From the NCBI GenBank assembly GCA_025201805.1, contig MU619342.1:1-64000 (forward strand): a stretch of DNA of 64,000 nt. The letters run 5' to 3'. Positions 38,855 through 51,783 of the stretch are shown here, in pieces. The notes below the pieces were generated by a model. The model had not been told where the DNA came from, searched no databases, and was given only the letters and a program-made list of their open reading frames with translations. Made by a program: the position numbers and the translations under genes. Numbering within the stretch: position 1 is the stretch's first letter; every line of letters starts with the position of its first letter. The stretch is from Parasitella parasitica NRRL 2501. Taxonomy: Eukaryota > Fungi > Mucoromycota.

Positions 38855-39530
38855 GTTAGCATCTGATGACTTGGTAGATACCAATGAAAAAACATGGATG
38901 CAAATGTTGTTACCGGATAGCCCCAAGTCAACGCCAAGTTTTTCAAGTTTTAGATCGCGGTTCTACAATCATTTTAGCAAAAGTTATGAGCAAATGTGTG
39001 ATATTTATGATGAGTATTGAAAAATAAAACTGTTTTTGCAGATAATTTTTGATTAGAGATATCGCCCAGTGGAAAGCAGGTTATGCTCAGCTAGCGATGA
39101 GCATGCCTGATTTGATGGCGCATAATACAGGCTTTGATTTGCTCTTCATCGAAGCCTATCATCGATTATATGCAATTCTGATATGTAAATTTGTGATATT
39201 ATCATGTGATAGCTTTATAGATACCAATAAAAACATCAAAGCCAATGTTGTTTCCAGATAGCCCCAAGTCAACCCTAAATTTTCCAAGTTAGATCTCGGT
39301 TCTACCGTCATTTTAGCCCAAGTTCTGAGCAAATATCTTATATTTATGATAACTTTACTGAAAAACAAAACTGTTTTTGCGGATAGTTTTTGTTGGAAAG
39401 TGGTCGCCCAGTGGAAACCAACTTACGCTCAGATAGCGATGACTATGCCTGATTTGGTGGCGAATAAGACAGGCTTTGATTTACTGTTTATGATAGTGTA
39501 CCAGCGATTATGCGTGCAGTAAATTTGAAA
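38855..39530 (+). repeat. Two diverged tandem copies of a ~343-bp unit
   Basis: tagatacca at 38875 and 39218; gatagccccaagtcaac, gcccagtggaaa, atgcctgatttg and acaggctttgattt all recur at the same period. Confidence 0.85.
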
Positions 39531-40635
39531 GATTTACGAAAATAAAAATCTTAGTGTTTATGGGATTTGAATTGTTGTATGTTGGTTTTCATAAATGGAG
39601 CATTAATTCAAGAGTCAATGCGTTAATTTGTCGTTTTTTAATTTTAGGTTTTAAGAAGAAGCAAATCATGCTGAAATGCTTTTTACCATTGATAGAGATA
39701 TGCATAACATTAGTTGGCCGTGTTTGGATGGCTATCGTCATATTTTTTTTTTAGTTATTGTTTTAATGATATCCTTATCAAGAATGATGGGAAAGACTCA
39801 TTGAAACACGAGCTGCCATAATTGATATCTTTGTCATTATTATTCTTATTCTGAATGTCTATTGTGTAAGGGAAAGCACTTTGATCAGGAGTGCTATCCT
39901 TTACACTACATTCATTGATAAGGTCTTAAAAATAATATTTGTGATGCGTTTTGTTTTGTATGACTTTGTATGTTATGCGAACTCGAATGGCATAAATTGA
40001 CTATGCGTGACATTTGAGTCTTATTTTTTCAGTTATGCGCTTTTAGCTATATACCATTCCATGGTAATGCGTAATACAATGCACAAACCAATATATTCAA
40101 ACAGTTTACATAATAAATTATTATGTGGAATAAAAATTGATAAATAGTAGAGCTACAAGGCGTTGCACGACCAAAGAAAACGGCTTCTTGTAACTCTTTT
40201 GTTTTCATTTGATCTGCTATCGTTTTTACCTAGTATCTTTGATGAATACACGTTGTTTATAATTAGATATATATATAGTGTCTTTCCCTGTATCATCTGC
40301 CTCTTAAGATCAATTTATTCGAAAGAAAAATATCTGATAACTGTTGTTTTATTATTTGTTTAAAAGGGTAATATTAAGTAGTTATACACAACAAGCAATT
40401 TTAATGGTGGCAACTGACATTTTAATGTCTGAAGAGGTATCAAAAGCTCCTAATAATACTTTCATGTGCTACATGTATATGATATCACACTAATTGAAGA
40501 GTGGGATTTCAGACACTATACCGTAGATATACATACCGTATTTCTGAGGCATTAATGAAATCATATATCGCGTTTGCAAAAGAGAGCATGTATTGGGAAC
40601 ATGTATATATATAAAGGAGGGGTATAGTAAGGTAC

Positions 40636-42558
40636 TTACTGGACAACTCCAGCAATTTGTTGATCAGAGTTTGAAAACACAAGCTCCTTCATCTCTGTCG
40701 ACTGTTCGCTAACAAAATCTAATACGTTTACCTCTTTAATTTTGATAGAGATGAGAAAATTTGATGCGGATCCAGCCGTATTGATGATTTCTGCGTAGGT
40801 GCGACAGTGCTTTTCCTTATCGTACATATAATGTACCGTCCTTGATGAATCGCCAATCAGAATAATTGTATGGCATCTGGCAGGCTTAAAGACAGAAGCA
40901 CCTGAATGAATAATCTGAACCCTGTCTAGTACTATGCGGTCCACTTTTGTTGCAGTAAGGTCAATTTCGACTTTGTAACGGGAGTCTGACATAAAATTGC
41001 ACCTGTCAAGCACCAGTGTGCCAATGTTGGGTATTTTTGACAAGATTCTAGAAAACACAGTTGGATAAAACCATGAGCAAGTAAGCGTCAGTTCAGAGAC
41101 ACTCGTCTGTTCAGAAATAGCTATCTGTTCAATTTCGTCAAAGTTATCTTGGCTAGCGAACGCCGAATAGGGGAAATTTATATTCTCCAGATGGATTACT
41201 GACCCTGTCTTTTTGTTGATTAAAGACAGAATACCTTTACAGAAGGCCCAACTCTTGTCGTTGGTTGGGTCAGGAGCACAATGTGAATTGAAAATTCTAA
41301 TGACATTGGGCGAGAATTGTCTCGCGTATCTGAATATTTTGTCAAAGTCTGCGGAAGCTGTGAGTAGCTCGGTACTGCCAGTGCTGAAAAGTCCTATGCG
41401 TGAACCATTCTGATGTATTTCAATGACATGAGTTTCCGAATCTATTCGTTTTGTAATGTCCATAATAAATTCAATTGCGGTTGTCTCAGAGCTTATCGCT
41501 GCGACGGAGTCATCTCGCAGAGTTGGAGAGGCTGCCATCGTGTGCAGCATTTCGGCACAACCTTTAATTTGATATTGGTAATTTTGAGGATTGAACTCAT
41601 TGATGCTGATGCTGTAATGCTGAAGACGCTGGCAAAGGGCAGCAGTATGCTGCCACCACTCTGTATATTGGGTCTGTGCATTTGATGGGCCTCTTGTGAT
41701 TAGTGTCAATTTTCGCAGCGCTTTCAGTTTGTTTGCAAAGTACCGGATCGAGCAAGCAGGAAGATTGCGAATATCGAGATGGAGAGTTTGTAAGCTTTCA
41801 TTTGGATTTACTTTTCCAGTGTAGTTGTGGCTGTAGGAAAGATCACAATGCTGGACTTGCAGTAAGTTTGTTGTTTGAGGGCAATCATTGATAAGTTTAT
41901 CCAATTTAGTAATGAACGATTCGCCAAGAGCGCCACAAATCTGCAACTGCTTGAGCGATTTAAAGTCTTTCAAGTGGTTCTTTAACGTATAAAAATCAAT
42001 GTCGTCTTCGTCGAAAGGACATATCCGAAGTTTGATTAAAGACTGTTTATGCTTTAGCGCAAGAAAGCTATACACGTAGCTGTCTTCCATGCTCCACATG
42101 TCTGTAAAAGCAAACAGCTTTAGGTGTTTGAGCTCCTGCTTTGCTGCTTCAAGACGTGACCAAATAAATCTCGTTTCAAAATCTACTGATTTTGAGCTTC
42201 CAAATCGCTCGATGTTTGGGATGTGCTGTATAATTATATCCAGCGATTTCATCAAATCGTAAGAGAAATGAAATGCATTTTTCTTGCCAACATCAGGACA
42301 GAAATCTATGCTCTTGACGTGGTAGCCCAGCTTTGATGTAGTGCTGGTGGCCTGAAGCACTGAGGCGAATTTAGCAATGTCTTTGTGCGGCAAGTAGACG
42401 GATTTGTACAGTTCAAATTTAGCTGGTTGGGACCATTTGCGGCAAACAAGCTGGCTTTCTCTCAGCGCGCTTCTTGCTTCTTTCCAGTCTGATGTACTGC
42501 ATCCAATGAGCTGAAATATGTAATATAGAATTTCGATCGGGAGGCTTGATTGAGTCAT
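40636..42558 (-). CDS. F-box/LRR-like protein, paralogue of 36498..38405 (intronless)
   Basis: MTQSSLPIEILYYIF...QLVCRKWSQPA. Shares SKLG, FETxFIW, SIRYFAxKL, WW and NFxISI blocks with the other copy. Confidence 0.8.
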   Translation of the reverse strand: MTQSSLPIEILYYIFQLIGCSTSDWKEARSALRESQLVCRKWSQPAKFELYKSVYLPHKDIAKFASVLQATSTTSKLGYHVKSIDFCPDVGKKNAFHFSYDLMKSLDIIIQHIPNIERFGSSKSVDFETRFIWSRLEAAKQELKHLKLFAFTDMWSMEDSYVYSFLALKHKQSLIKLRICPFDEDDIDFYTLKNHLKDFKSLKQLQICGALGESFITKLDKLINDCPQTTNLLQVQHCDLSYSHNYTGKVNPNESLQTLHLDIRNLPACSIRYFANKLKALRKLTLITRGPSNAQTQYTEWWQHTAALCQRLQHYSISINEFNPQNYQYQIKGCAEMLHTMAASPTLRDDSVAAISSETTAIEFIMDITKRIDSETHVIEIHQNGSRIGLFSTGSTELLTASADFDKIFRYARQFSPNVIRIFNSHCAPDPTNDKSWAFCKGILSLINKKTGSVIHLENINFPYSAFASQDNFDEIEQIAISEQTSVSELTLTCSWFYPTVFSRILSKIPNIGTLVLDRCNFMSDSRYKVEIDLTATKVDRIVLDRVQIIHSGASVFKPARCHTIILIGDSSRTVHYMYDKEKHCRTYAEIINTAGSASNFLISIKIKEVNVLDFVSEQSTEMKELVFSNSDQQIAGVVQ

Positions 42559-43316
42559 GATGAGGGTTGGGAAATCAAAATTGCGATTTTTATGGCTTTT
42601 TATATAGACTATGGTTTTTACAATTGTAGATCTCAAGACACGAATACCAAAATAAGGTGCATGTGCGACACCAGTTTCAATAGTAAATGTTCTCCAGACC
42701 AGCACATGCGCATCAGCCTATACATATATATACTTGAATCATGGCTATTTGATAGGATATAAAATCAATTTGGATCGTTCTTTTTAACATTGGAATAGAT
42801 TTTGCTAGCGTAAATGTTTTTTACAAGCTCGTTCTTTGTTTGCATCGAAAGCAGCAGACGTTGAGCTGGTTGCTGCCCACAAACGCTCATCCTTGTGCGT
42901 ACACGACAAGAAAAGCAGGCCCATAACCACTGATGCTGTCTACGTTGCCGAGTTCTCTGTTCAGCCAGTCTGATTAAACTATCAAGCTGAATTACTGTCT
43001 GGTCAATATGGCATGTCATAAGACTGAGTGTGATGTTGTGGAAAGTCGATGCTCTTAATTTTGGGCCCTGTTGTATGGAGATGTCATTGTCCATTCGTAG
43101 CAAGCATGTCAGATCAGCCCTGCTTTTAGCGCGAGAATCTTTTGACGACAACGACAACGACAACTGTAATCTCTCTGCTTTGACCGCTTGTGTGTGGTGT
43201 GCTGGGATAACGTTTCCCCCAAGCAAAAAATATATAGGGTTATATTTCGCGAAATAAAAAAAAAATCTTTTTCTTCTTCTCTCGCTCTGTGAGTACAATA
43301 TACATATTATAGAACC

Positions 43317-44310
43317 ATGTCTTCTCCACCAGATTCTACCACTGATATTGGTAAGCGTGCATTTTTTTTTTGGACTGATGAGCCTGTGTTAAACGTGCAC
43401 GATAGACGAAATTGCCCTGAACAAAAAGAGAGGAAGAGCACAGTCTGTTGAACCTGCTCCCTTGCAAGAAATTGATGATGAGGTAAGCCCAAACACATTT
43501 CAGGACGCTTGCGTGTTCTCACACGACTCGGTGCAGCATCTTCCTAGCCAAGAAACATCTAATACAACTGTTTCAGCCCCCAAGAAAACGTAAAATTCGC
43601 ATATACTAAAGAAAACCACAAGTGTAATACTCACATTTACTCGTTAGTAAACGTGATGAAGAGGACCCAAACACCACCACCACTGTCAACACTATACGCA
43701 AAAACATGAAGGACATGACAACCACTGACAAAAATCTGAGCGAGAGCAAAAGCACTGCTTCAAGCATCAGCCAAGACGAAGATGAAGACGCCGACGAACC
43801 CATGGCCAGCTCTGCTGAAAACAAGCCTTTTACCAGCCAGTTTGGCGGAGGTAGCAAAAGAAAAGATGATGATAATGATAATGATAATGATGATGACTGG
43901 GAAGAATTTGCACAAGATGACGAAGAAGATGAGCAGAAAGACGCTTCCAAAAAAGACCAAGATGAAAAACCCAAATATACGTTTGGCTCTTCTTCCGGAT
44001 TTGGCACAAAAGGTTGGGCTACCACACACCAAACTATACCCATTCCATCAAATCAAACAACATTCAGCGGTTTTGGAGCAACATCAGGCTTTGGAGGATT
44101 CAAAACTTCGCCTAGCAGCCATCCTGCAGAAAATAAGACAGCGACATCGGTCCCTACATTCGGCTCTTTTGCAAAGGCCACCGCCTCGCCTTTTGCTACT
44201 GCAGCGAAAGCAGGCAATGTATTCAGCGCCACTGCACCTCCCACATCCACACATGTCGATTCATCAACCTCATCTTTCGGCAATACCAACCCATCCACAA
44301 CAGCAACAGC

Positions 44311-44344
<34 letters not shown>

Positions 44345-44420
44345 GCAGCAGCAACAACCGCTGTGACTGAATTTCAGGGCCACCATCATAACGGATCAGA
44401 AAGCGATGGGAGCCAAGGTC

Positions 44421-44452
<32 letters not shown>

Positions 44453-44941
44453 GGGGATAATCCTGCTACAGCATCAGCAGTTTTTGGAGAAAGAGCTAGG
44501 ACACAAGCTTCTGTAACCAGCTCACCTCGAATCTTGACCGGCGAGGAGGATGAGGAAACCATTTATCAAACCAAAGCCAAGCTGCTCGTGTTGGACACAG
44601 CTTCAGGCAACTGGAAGGAGCGTGGCGTTGGCACACTTCGCATCAATGTCAAGGAGAAAGAGCCCAAGAAGCAATTACGGACCCGTCTTGTTATGCGGGT
44701 CGACTCAGTTTATCGGGTTATTTTGAATCTGCAGCTTTTCCCAGGCATGAAGGCCTTTATCATGCAAGATAAATTCGTTCGATTTGCAGGATTCGAAACA
44801 GAGGTCGACCAGGACGGTGTCACTGGAACTAGATTGGTTAGTTTTGCCCTTAAATTAAGTAATCCCTCTGTTGCAAAAGAAGTCTGCGAGCAGATCATTT
44901 CTTGTATTCCACCCTCCTCTGACGACGAGTCAAAAGCATAA
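43317..44941 (+). CDS. YRB2: Ran-binding-domain protein with FG repeats (Yrb2/RanBP3-like), three short 5' exons
   Basis: TGEEDEETIYQTKAKL...WKERGVGTLRIN...RLVMR..RVILN RanBD; FG/FGGF repeats; KKRGR NLS-like motif in a 5' exon. Confidence 0.8.
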
Positions 44942-45119
44942 AACACTTGCACGATACATATATACAAAATGCACAAAAAACGTAATAAAACGAATGATTG
45001 ATTTTTGGGTGTACCTCAACAAGCCACATCTCGAGTGATTTTTTTCATACATGTAAAACAAAAAAAAAACAAAAAAATCGAGTGCATCAGACAACGTTTT
45101 TGTTCCTTGTCAACCAGTG

Positions 45120-46343
45120 ATGGAAAAGTCTCGAAAAGGGCTGAAGCCTGTCAAGCTACCAGCACCCGTATTTAATTCATGGCAAAAGATCGTCTTGAGC
45201 TACGCGGACCAGCATGTCAACCAAGAGCTAATTCCTGCGGTTGTCAGCCTTCAAAAGTTGATTGAAACACAAGATGCTCCATACGACAAGCAGGCTGCTT
45301 GCATTGCACACTCTGGTAAATATGCTGATAGTAGACAGACCAAAGCAGAATCTCTAAGTCTTGAGTTTTACAAGTGAAATGTATGCAGAAAAACGTTGCC
45401 AATGCTGCCACATTGCAGCCTCACGAGGTTCTGCAAATCAAGTTTATTGTAGAGCCCATTGCGTCGCTTGGTTACTTTGCAGCTTGTGAAAACCTATCGA
45501 GACGCACATTTGTTCCGCTGATTGAAGCCTCGTTCAAGTGCACCAGCGGCACTGACGCCAAGCTTAAAGACTACTACTTGCAATATACAACATCCACTGA
45601 CCACACCGAACCCAGCTTTGAGGAAAAGTCATTGTCGCAAAAAGCACTAGCCATTTATGCCACGTTGAAATTCCCACTAGGCCATGATCTTATTACCGAC
45701 ACGTATCGCCATACCTTGCGCTTCCTGCTCAAGGGATTGCAGCATGCGCAACATGAGCTATTAGCTCACAAGAATAGCGTCAATTCAGACCAACTTATGA
45801 ACGATATCCAGTTTGCAGCCAAGACGCTGCTTGTGCTTTTATCTCGCCAGCTTGAGGTTGCGACCCGTATGTTTGACAAAGTGGAATCCAAGACCGTTGA
45901 CCACACCAAAGACGCAGATGTCATCTTGCTAGGTGACATTCTGCAGATCATGCTGGATATTTGCATCGATACTAGTACGTTTGTCAGAGAATGCAACCAG
46001 GTAGCTGGCATGGTTATTGCTGCTATCATCAACCTGGCTAATAATGTGGAATTTGCAAGAGATTGGGTACTGGGATGGTTTTTTACGCTAGAGAGCAACC
46101 CCATTGTGGACCACATTGCGAATTCCTTGGGCGTGTTTCGTCCTCGCCAGGAACTAGTCGGTAAAGAAGGATGGAGCAACCGTAATGCGCCCATGGTATT
46201 TGTATTGCGAGGCCTGGTCTCCAGCCTTCGCAAAGAGATTGTCATGCTGGATTGTCCCGCAGAGGAAATCACACTTGTGCCCTACATCAGCAAGTAAGTA
46301 CACACATTTTTGGCTTGACCCATTGACAGACAAAATTGACTCA

Positions 46344-46378
<35 letters not shown>

Positions 46379-49300
46379 ATTAGCTCACCGAAAAGAAACC
46401 TTCATGAACTCACTTTCAGCAGCATCAACCTGTTTTGCGGGCGAGCGGACCTAGACAGTTCATGCAAAGTCGTCGCCTTTGAATCCATGGCTACGTGGCT
46501 TCAGCAGACCAAGGCCATCATGGAAAAATGCACAGATAACGACAGTCTACTGATGGACGCTGCATCTGGACCGATTCAGCCCAAAAACATAAATACGCTG
46601 ATTCAGTACGTCTGGGACCATTGGGACGACCCCACCGACTCTCTCCAGCACAAAGTGCGCACTATTTTTGACCTGTCCATCTCGGCACTGGCTATCAAAA
46701 CAGCCTTCTACAAGCAGCAAGACGAATACAACCGATTTTTGAGAGGGCTGCTAAAGAGCCTGCTAGCCATGGACTGGCATAGAAAAGTAAAATACTCCTT
46801 GCTGAACATGATGGTCGAGAAAGTAGACACAGATGCCTTTCTACAAGCAGAGCCCCACTTGATGCAAAAGTGCCTGTTTGCCATGGACAGCTTGATCTTG
46901 TGCCCTCAGATCGCCTTTTTCATCACGGTTTTCCTCTGCCGTCGTATACAAGATACCATTCCTGGCTATGAACACTTTAAGGGTCATAACGGCAAGATCA
47001 AAGATTCCAAGGATACTGCTGTCACTCAAGCGACCCGTGAATGGATAGAGCTGTGGGTGTTGCCCCTGTTGCAATGTCTCGTTTCTCCCTCTGAATTGCT
47101 GCGCAAGAACGTAGGCGGCTCCCTTTTACAATCGCTGTTTAAGACTAGTCCTCAGTCATTCTGGTACATTATCCGTATCCTGCAAAACTTGGACGACCCT
47201 TTATGGACTCGAGGACATTTGGATCCCCAACGCAGACTTCACGCATTCATCACTGTTTTGAAAGCTGGCCGAGGTCTTGACATTGTGGACGGGACGTCGT
47301 ACACAACAAACCCTTCTGCCACAGGCAAAGATGAGCACATTTCCGTCGATACTTTGAAGCTTGCCATCTATCATAGTGATTCACAGGTGCGTTTGGATGT
47401 GCTTGGCTTACTCTGCGAATCTCGCAAGGCTACGTCGGCAGTAACCACTACAGAACTGGACATGCTCACCTTATTCATTCCTCTCAACATGAACTCTACT
47501 ATCCCTGAATTCCGCCAGCAAATGAGCGTTTATCTGGGCAAGATCTTGACCCGTCTCCGAGGCAACATATACTCTCAGTATCGCAATTACAAATCGCTGC
47601 TGGCGTATGCAGACAAACCGGATACGGAGGAAGCGAAACGAGAGAGTGCCTTGGTGGATGCGCAGGGCATTTTGGCAGCCATTGATCAAGCAAAGTCTTT
47701 TCTTTACTGGCTCTGCGACCATATTGCTAATTCTCTGTATCCTGGGGCTTCTTCTCAGCGTGTAGCTACAGCTTTACGCATGCTGAACATGGTCGTCAAG
47801 GTATTTGGTGTCACGGATTTGCCTCCCATCGAAGGGTTTACCGATCAGCAGCCCGATTTTCCTTTTACGCTGCCTATTGCCAATCCTCGCCTCTGCAAGA
47901 TTTTGGTAGATGGCTTTATGAACCCCTACGATTTCAATCGTGTGCAAGCATTCAACATACTGTGCCACTACCCTAGCCCTCTTCCTGGCATCGAGGCCAA
48001 ACATGATGCACAAGACTTGCTTTGGTGGGGGCTGAATAACGTAGTGAGCACGCGTGCTAACGAGAGCGATAGTGGAGCTTTGATCTTTAGACTGGTGTTT
48101 ACCAAGTATGTCGTGGAATTGGGCTATGACTTGAGCCCTGAACAGAGTGCTGCCAGTGTAGCTTCTGCCACAGAGACCACCGCTACTATTTTGTCTGACG
48201 CACCTATCATCTTTACAGAAAAGCTGCTGAATTTGCTCGAAAAGCAGGTTCACATTGCCAAGACCAACCTACTGCTTGCCTCACAGCAACATCCCATGCA
48301 CGGTACTCTGCTCGCATTACAATACGTTTTTCGAGAAATTGATTATAAAAGCACCACTGTCAAAAGCAACCTGGCGCAATGGAGAAAAATACATGCTCGT
48401 GCCATTGAATTAATCCATTCCACTTGCAACACTGTGATGTCTGTGCTTTCTGACGCCTCGCCTGAAGGCAATGTTCCTACTGATTATCGACAGGACGACG
48501 ACGACGACGGTGACGATGGTGACGAAGACGAAGACGAGGACGACGCCGAGCAAGACAACCTTGATCATGGCTCTGGGCCCAAGCACCAGGTTATCTTGAG
48601 TTGTTGCTGGCGTGCTGTTAAAGAAGCGAGTTCCTTGCTTCAAGTGATCATTTCAAAGGCGCCAGCTTCTGCACACATCTCGGAAGATGGTGCCATCTTG
48701 ACTCATCAAGACTTGGTGCAGAGCGGATCGTTGTTCCATCATCTGCTGACGAGCATTAGACACCGCGGCGCCTTTTCGGCCGTCTACCCTGCATACGTTG
48801 CACTCAATACACGCTTGCTGACATCTCGCGATGCGTCCATTGCACAGCTCCCCGCACAGTGGCTCCAAAAGAACCTGGACAGCCTGACCTCCAGCAACAT
48901 CTCTATTACTCGCCGTAGTGCTGGTCTTCCCCTGTGCATCTTGGCCATTGTCAGCAGCGAGCCGTCTATCAAAAAAGAGCTTCTGAGTAGAGCTATAAAG
49001 TACCTGATGCAGCTAGCGAGTGCTGAACCTCCCTTGGATGCAGACCAAAGAATCGACTTGCCACAAGTCCATGCCTACAATATCATGCGCACCATCTTTA
49101 TGGACTCCAAACTGGGCGCACATGTATTGGAATACGCGTCTGAAGGGTTCGCTCTTGCCATCAATGGATTTTCCTCCCACAGCTGGGCTATCCGTAACTG
49201 CTCTGTGATGCTGTTTTCTACTCTGCTGCAGAGAACATTTGGTAAAAAAAAGACGCGCGACGAGCACAGCAGCGTCAATACACTTACAGGCCGCGAGTTC

Positions 49301-51583
49301 TTTGTTCGCTTCCCTGACCTGCATCCTTATCTTTTGAAGGAATTAAGCGTGGCGGTAGACCAGTTGCTGAAAAACTCGCTAGCTGCTAGCGTCCACCCCG
49401 GGCTTTATCCCATCTTGACCCTGCTCTCCCGCATGCAGCCCTCCAACACCAACGACGAGGATGAAAAGGAAACCATTTTGACGCCCTTCATCCCTCTTGT
49501 CATGCCTTGCGCTGCCAGCGCTATATACAAGACGCGTGAAATGGCCGCACGAGCGCTGGTTCCTTTGGTTCAGGACGTAGTTCCCACTGCCAGACAACTG
49601 GTTAGCATCTCAAATGCAACAACACAGAACGAAATCCATGGCAGATTGCTCCAGACGCAATTCCTTTTGCGCGGCCACTTGTACTCTGCCAACATTGCCA
49701 GCAAGGCATTGCTTTCATTCGTTCACGACATGGCTGCTCCCTTCTCGGCCTTGCTTGAATTGCTACGTGAAAGGAGGTTCTGCAACATGAACAGCGCGCT
49801 GCTGCTGAGCATCACCAACGAGTTCTTTGTAGAGACCAAGTGGATGGCGCATGATGGCAGCATCAGCAGCGAGCTGGCTGAACTTGCAAACGACAAATTC
49901 GCTCTTGTCAGGAGCACTGTCCGGGAATACTGTATCCATGCATTCAAGAATGATGCCGCGTCTGGTGGTATTGCCTCTTACTTGGTCAGAGAAAACATGG
50001 CAAACGTCATTGTAAATACCACTTTGAGCAGATCCAATGCAAAGGTAGATGATCTTTTGTTCTTGCTTGGCAGTCGTGATTACGAAGTGCGTCTTTTGGT
50101 GCTTGAAAAGCTTCTCGACTATTACAGCTCGCAGTCTTCAGAAAGCATTTCTGGGTAGGTTTTTTGATTTAAAAAAAAAAACGCTTTTATTAACCTTTGC
50201 AGCAGAACCTGTCAACTGCAATCCATCTTGGTGCAAAGAACATTTGCCGGCGAAGACAGTTTGAATTGTTATGTTGCGACAGCTAAATTACTGATGTCTT
50301 TGAACTCCAAGGAGCCCTACCCTTCAACCAATACCAACTTGCCATTCACGCTGGAAGAATACTGGAATCAGCTGGTTGTTCAATTCTCTGAGAAGCGTGC
50401 TTTATCAGTGACAGAATCAGTTCTTCCGCTATTAGGCGCCTTGCTCGCCCAGGTAAATAAAGAAAAAAAAAAAAAAATATCAAAGAACTGGCACAACTCT
50501 AACTTCAAGTAGATTCTTCGCCAAACTTGCGATTCAAGCTGGGTGCAGCAATGCCTTGTTACGTGGAGCGGTTACATTGAGAAATACAGCCAAAAGGACA
50601 TCACACTGCCTCTTCGCGAAGCGGTAGTGAAATCGCTCGGCTTCACATCTAGCCAAGTGTTCATGAGTGAATTTGACGCCTCTGTTGAAGATACTCGGGT
50701 TACTGCAGCATTAGCCATTACGCAATTGTTGCAAGATGACGATATAGACGTGCGTAATGATACCGCTAGCATTGTTTCTGAGGCTTTCTGCTTGAAAGCG
50801 CCTGTGCACCATGAGCGTGCTTTGGAGCTGGTGCACCGGCATTTATTGTCTCGATTTTCCAAATCTCGCCTGCTGAAGACGACGCTTTCACACTGGCTTG
50901 TTGGCGAAAACAGCTTGCAGAGTGTTTGGGAAAACGAGCGCTCTCAGTCAAAGGCTCTCTTTGCTAAAGAGGATCCCAACATATACAAGGAGGATTTGAT
51001 TGATCTGCAATGGGCAAACGTTGATCTGGAAGTGCTTTATTTGAAGCACCCCAAAGCGTCAAAGTGCACTGGTGGTCTGGCTGCAAGATGTCGACACTTG
51101 AGTGCATTTAGCGCTTTATTGAACAAGATGTCTGGAAATGTAAGTTCTAATACGCATTCGCCCAATGGGTGTGCGGGGGTTCTCACCGTATTTCTTAGCT
51201 TATGCAAAATGGCCCTTTTGGCATCACATCTAAAGCTAATATCTTTTTGGCTGCATACGGTACAATCGAATCTCTGCATTTAGATGTAGAGGCGTTGGAC
51301 ACTATGGAATCAGCCCCTACTTTTGAACTTGCCCAGTCAATTCAAGGCATGTATAAAGTTGCTGTTGATTTAGCAGTTACACTGACATAGGCGAATAGAT
51401 CTTTCCTGCTCTCTCTATGCATTAAAAGAGGCGTGGATGCATCCAGTTCTCTGGAATTTACTACGAGGCGATGATGGCTTGTACGCCAAAACAAAACGTT
51501 TCCTGAAACACCACTGCAACAAGACGGAATTCAACAACATGTTCTTGCTTGCTCCTGACTCTAGAAAGCTGTTGAATCAATAA
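45120..51583 (+). CDS. TRM732: THADA/Trm732 (DUF2428) tRNA 2'-O-methylation cofactor, multi-exon ARM-repeat protein
   Basis: CCWRAVKEAS, RHRGAFS, ITRRSAGLP, PQVHAYNI, WAIRNCSVMLF, LLQDDDIDVR, LFAKEDPNIY motifs. Confidence 0.92.
46345..46378 (+). repeat. (CTG)n microsatellite in a THADA intron
   Basis: Perfect TGC run just before the 3' splice site. Confidence 0.9.
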
Positions 51584-51783
51584 ACTTTAGATATTTAACG
51601 TCAAATTTATTGTAGTAAAAAAAAAAGATGGGTGGTGGTGGAGGAGGAGGAGGAGGAGGAGGAAATACTATGTATAAATAATGGATGCGGATGGTGGCGG
51701 GGGGGGAGGGGGAGGGGAGGGTTTTTTTTGTTTTGTTTTTTTGGGAATAATAAATAATAAAAAAGGACAGCTCTAGAGAGAAG

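Noticed and set aside
38855-39530. Repeat considered as a CRISPR-like array
   Set aside because: Only two long diverged units, no repeat-spacer structure, eukaryotic context.
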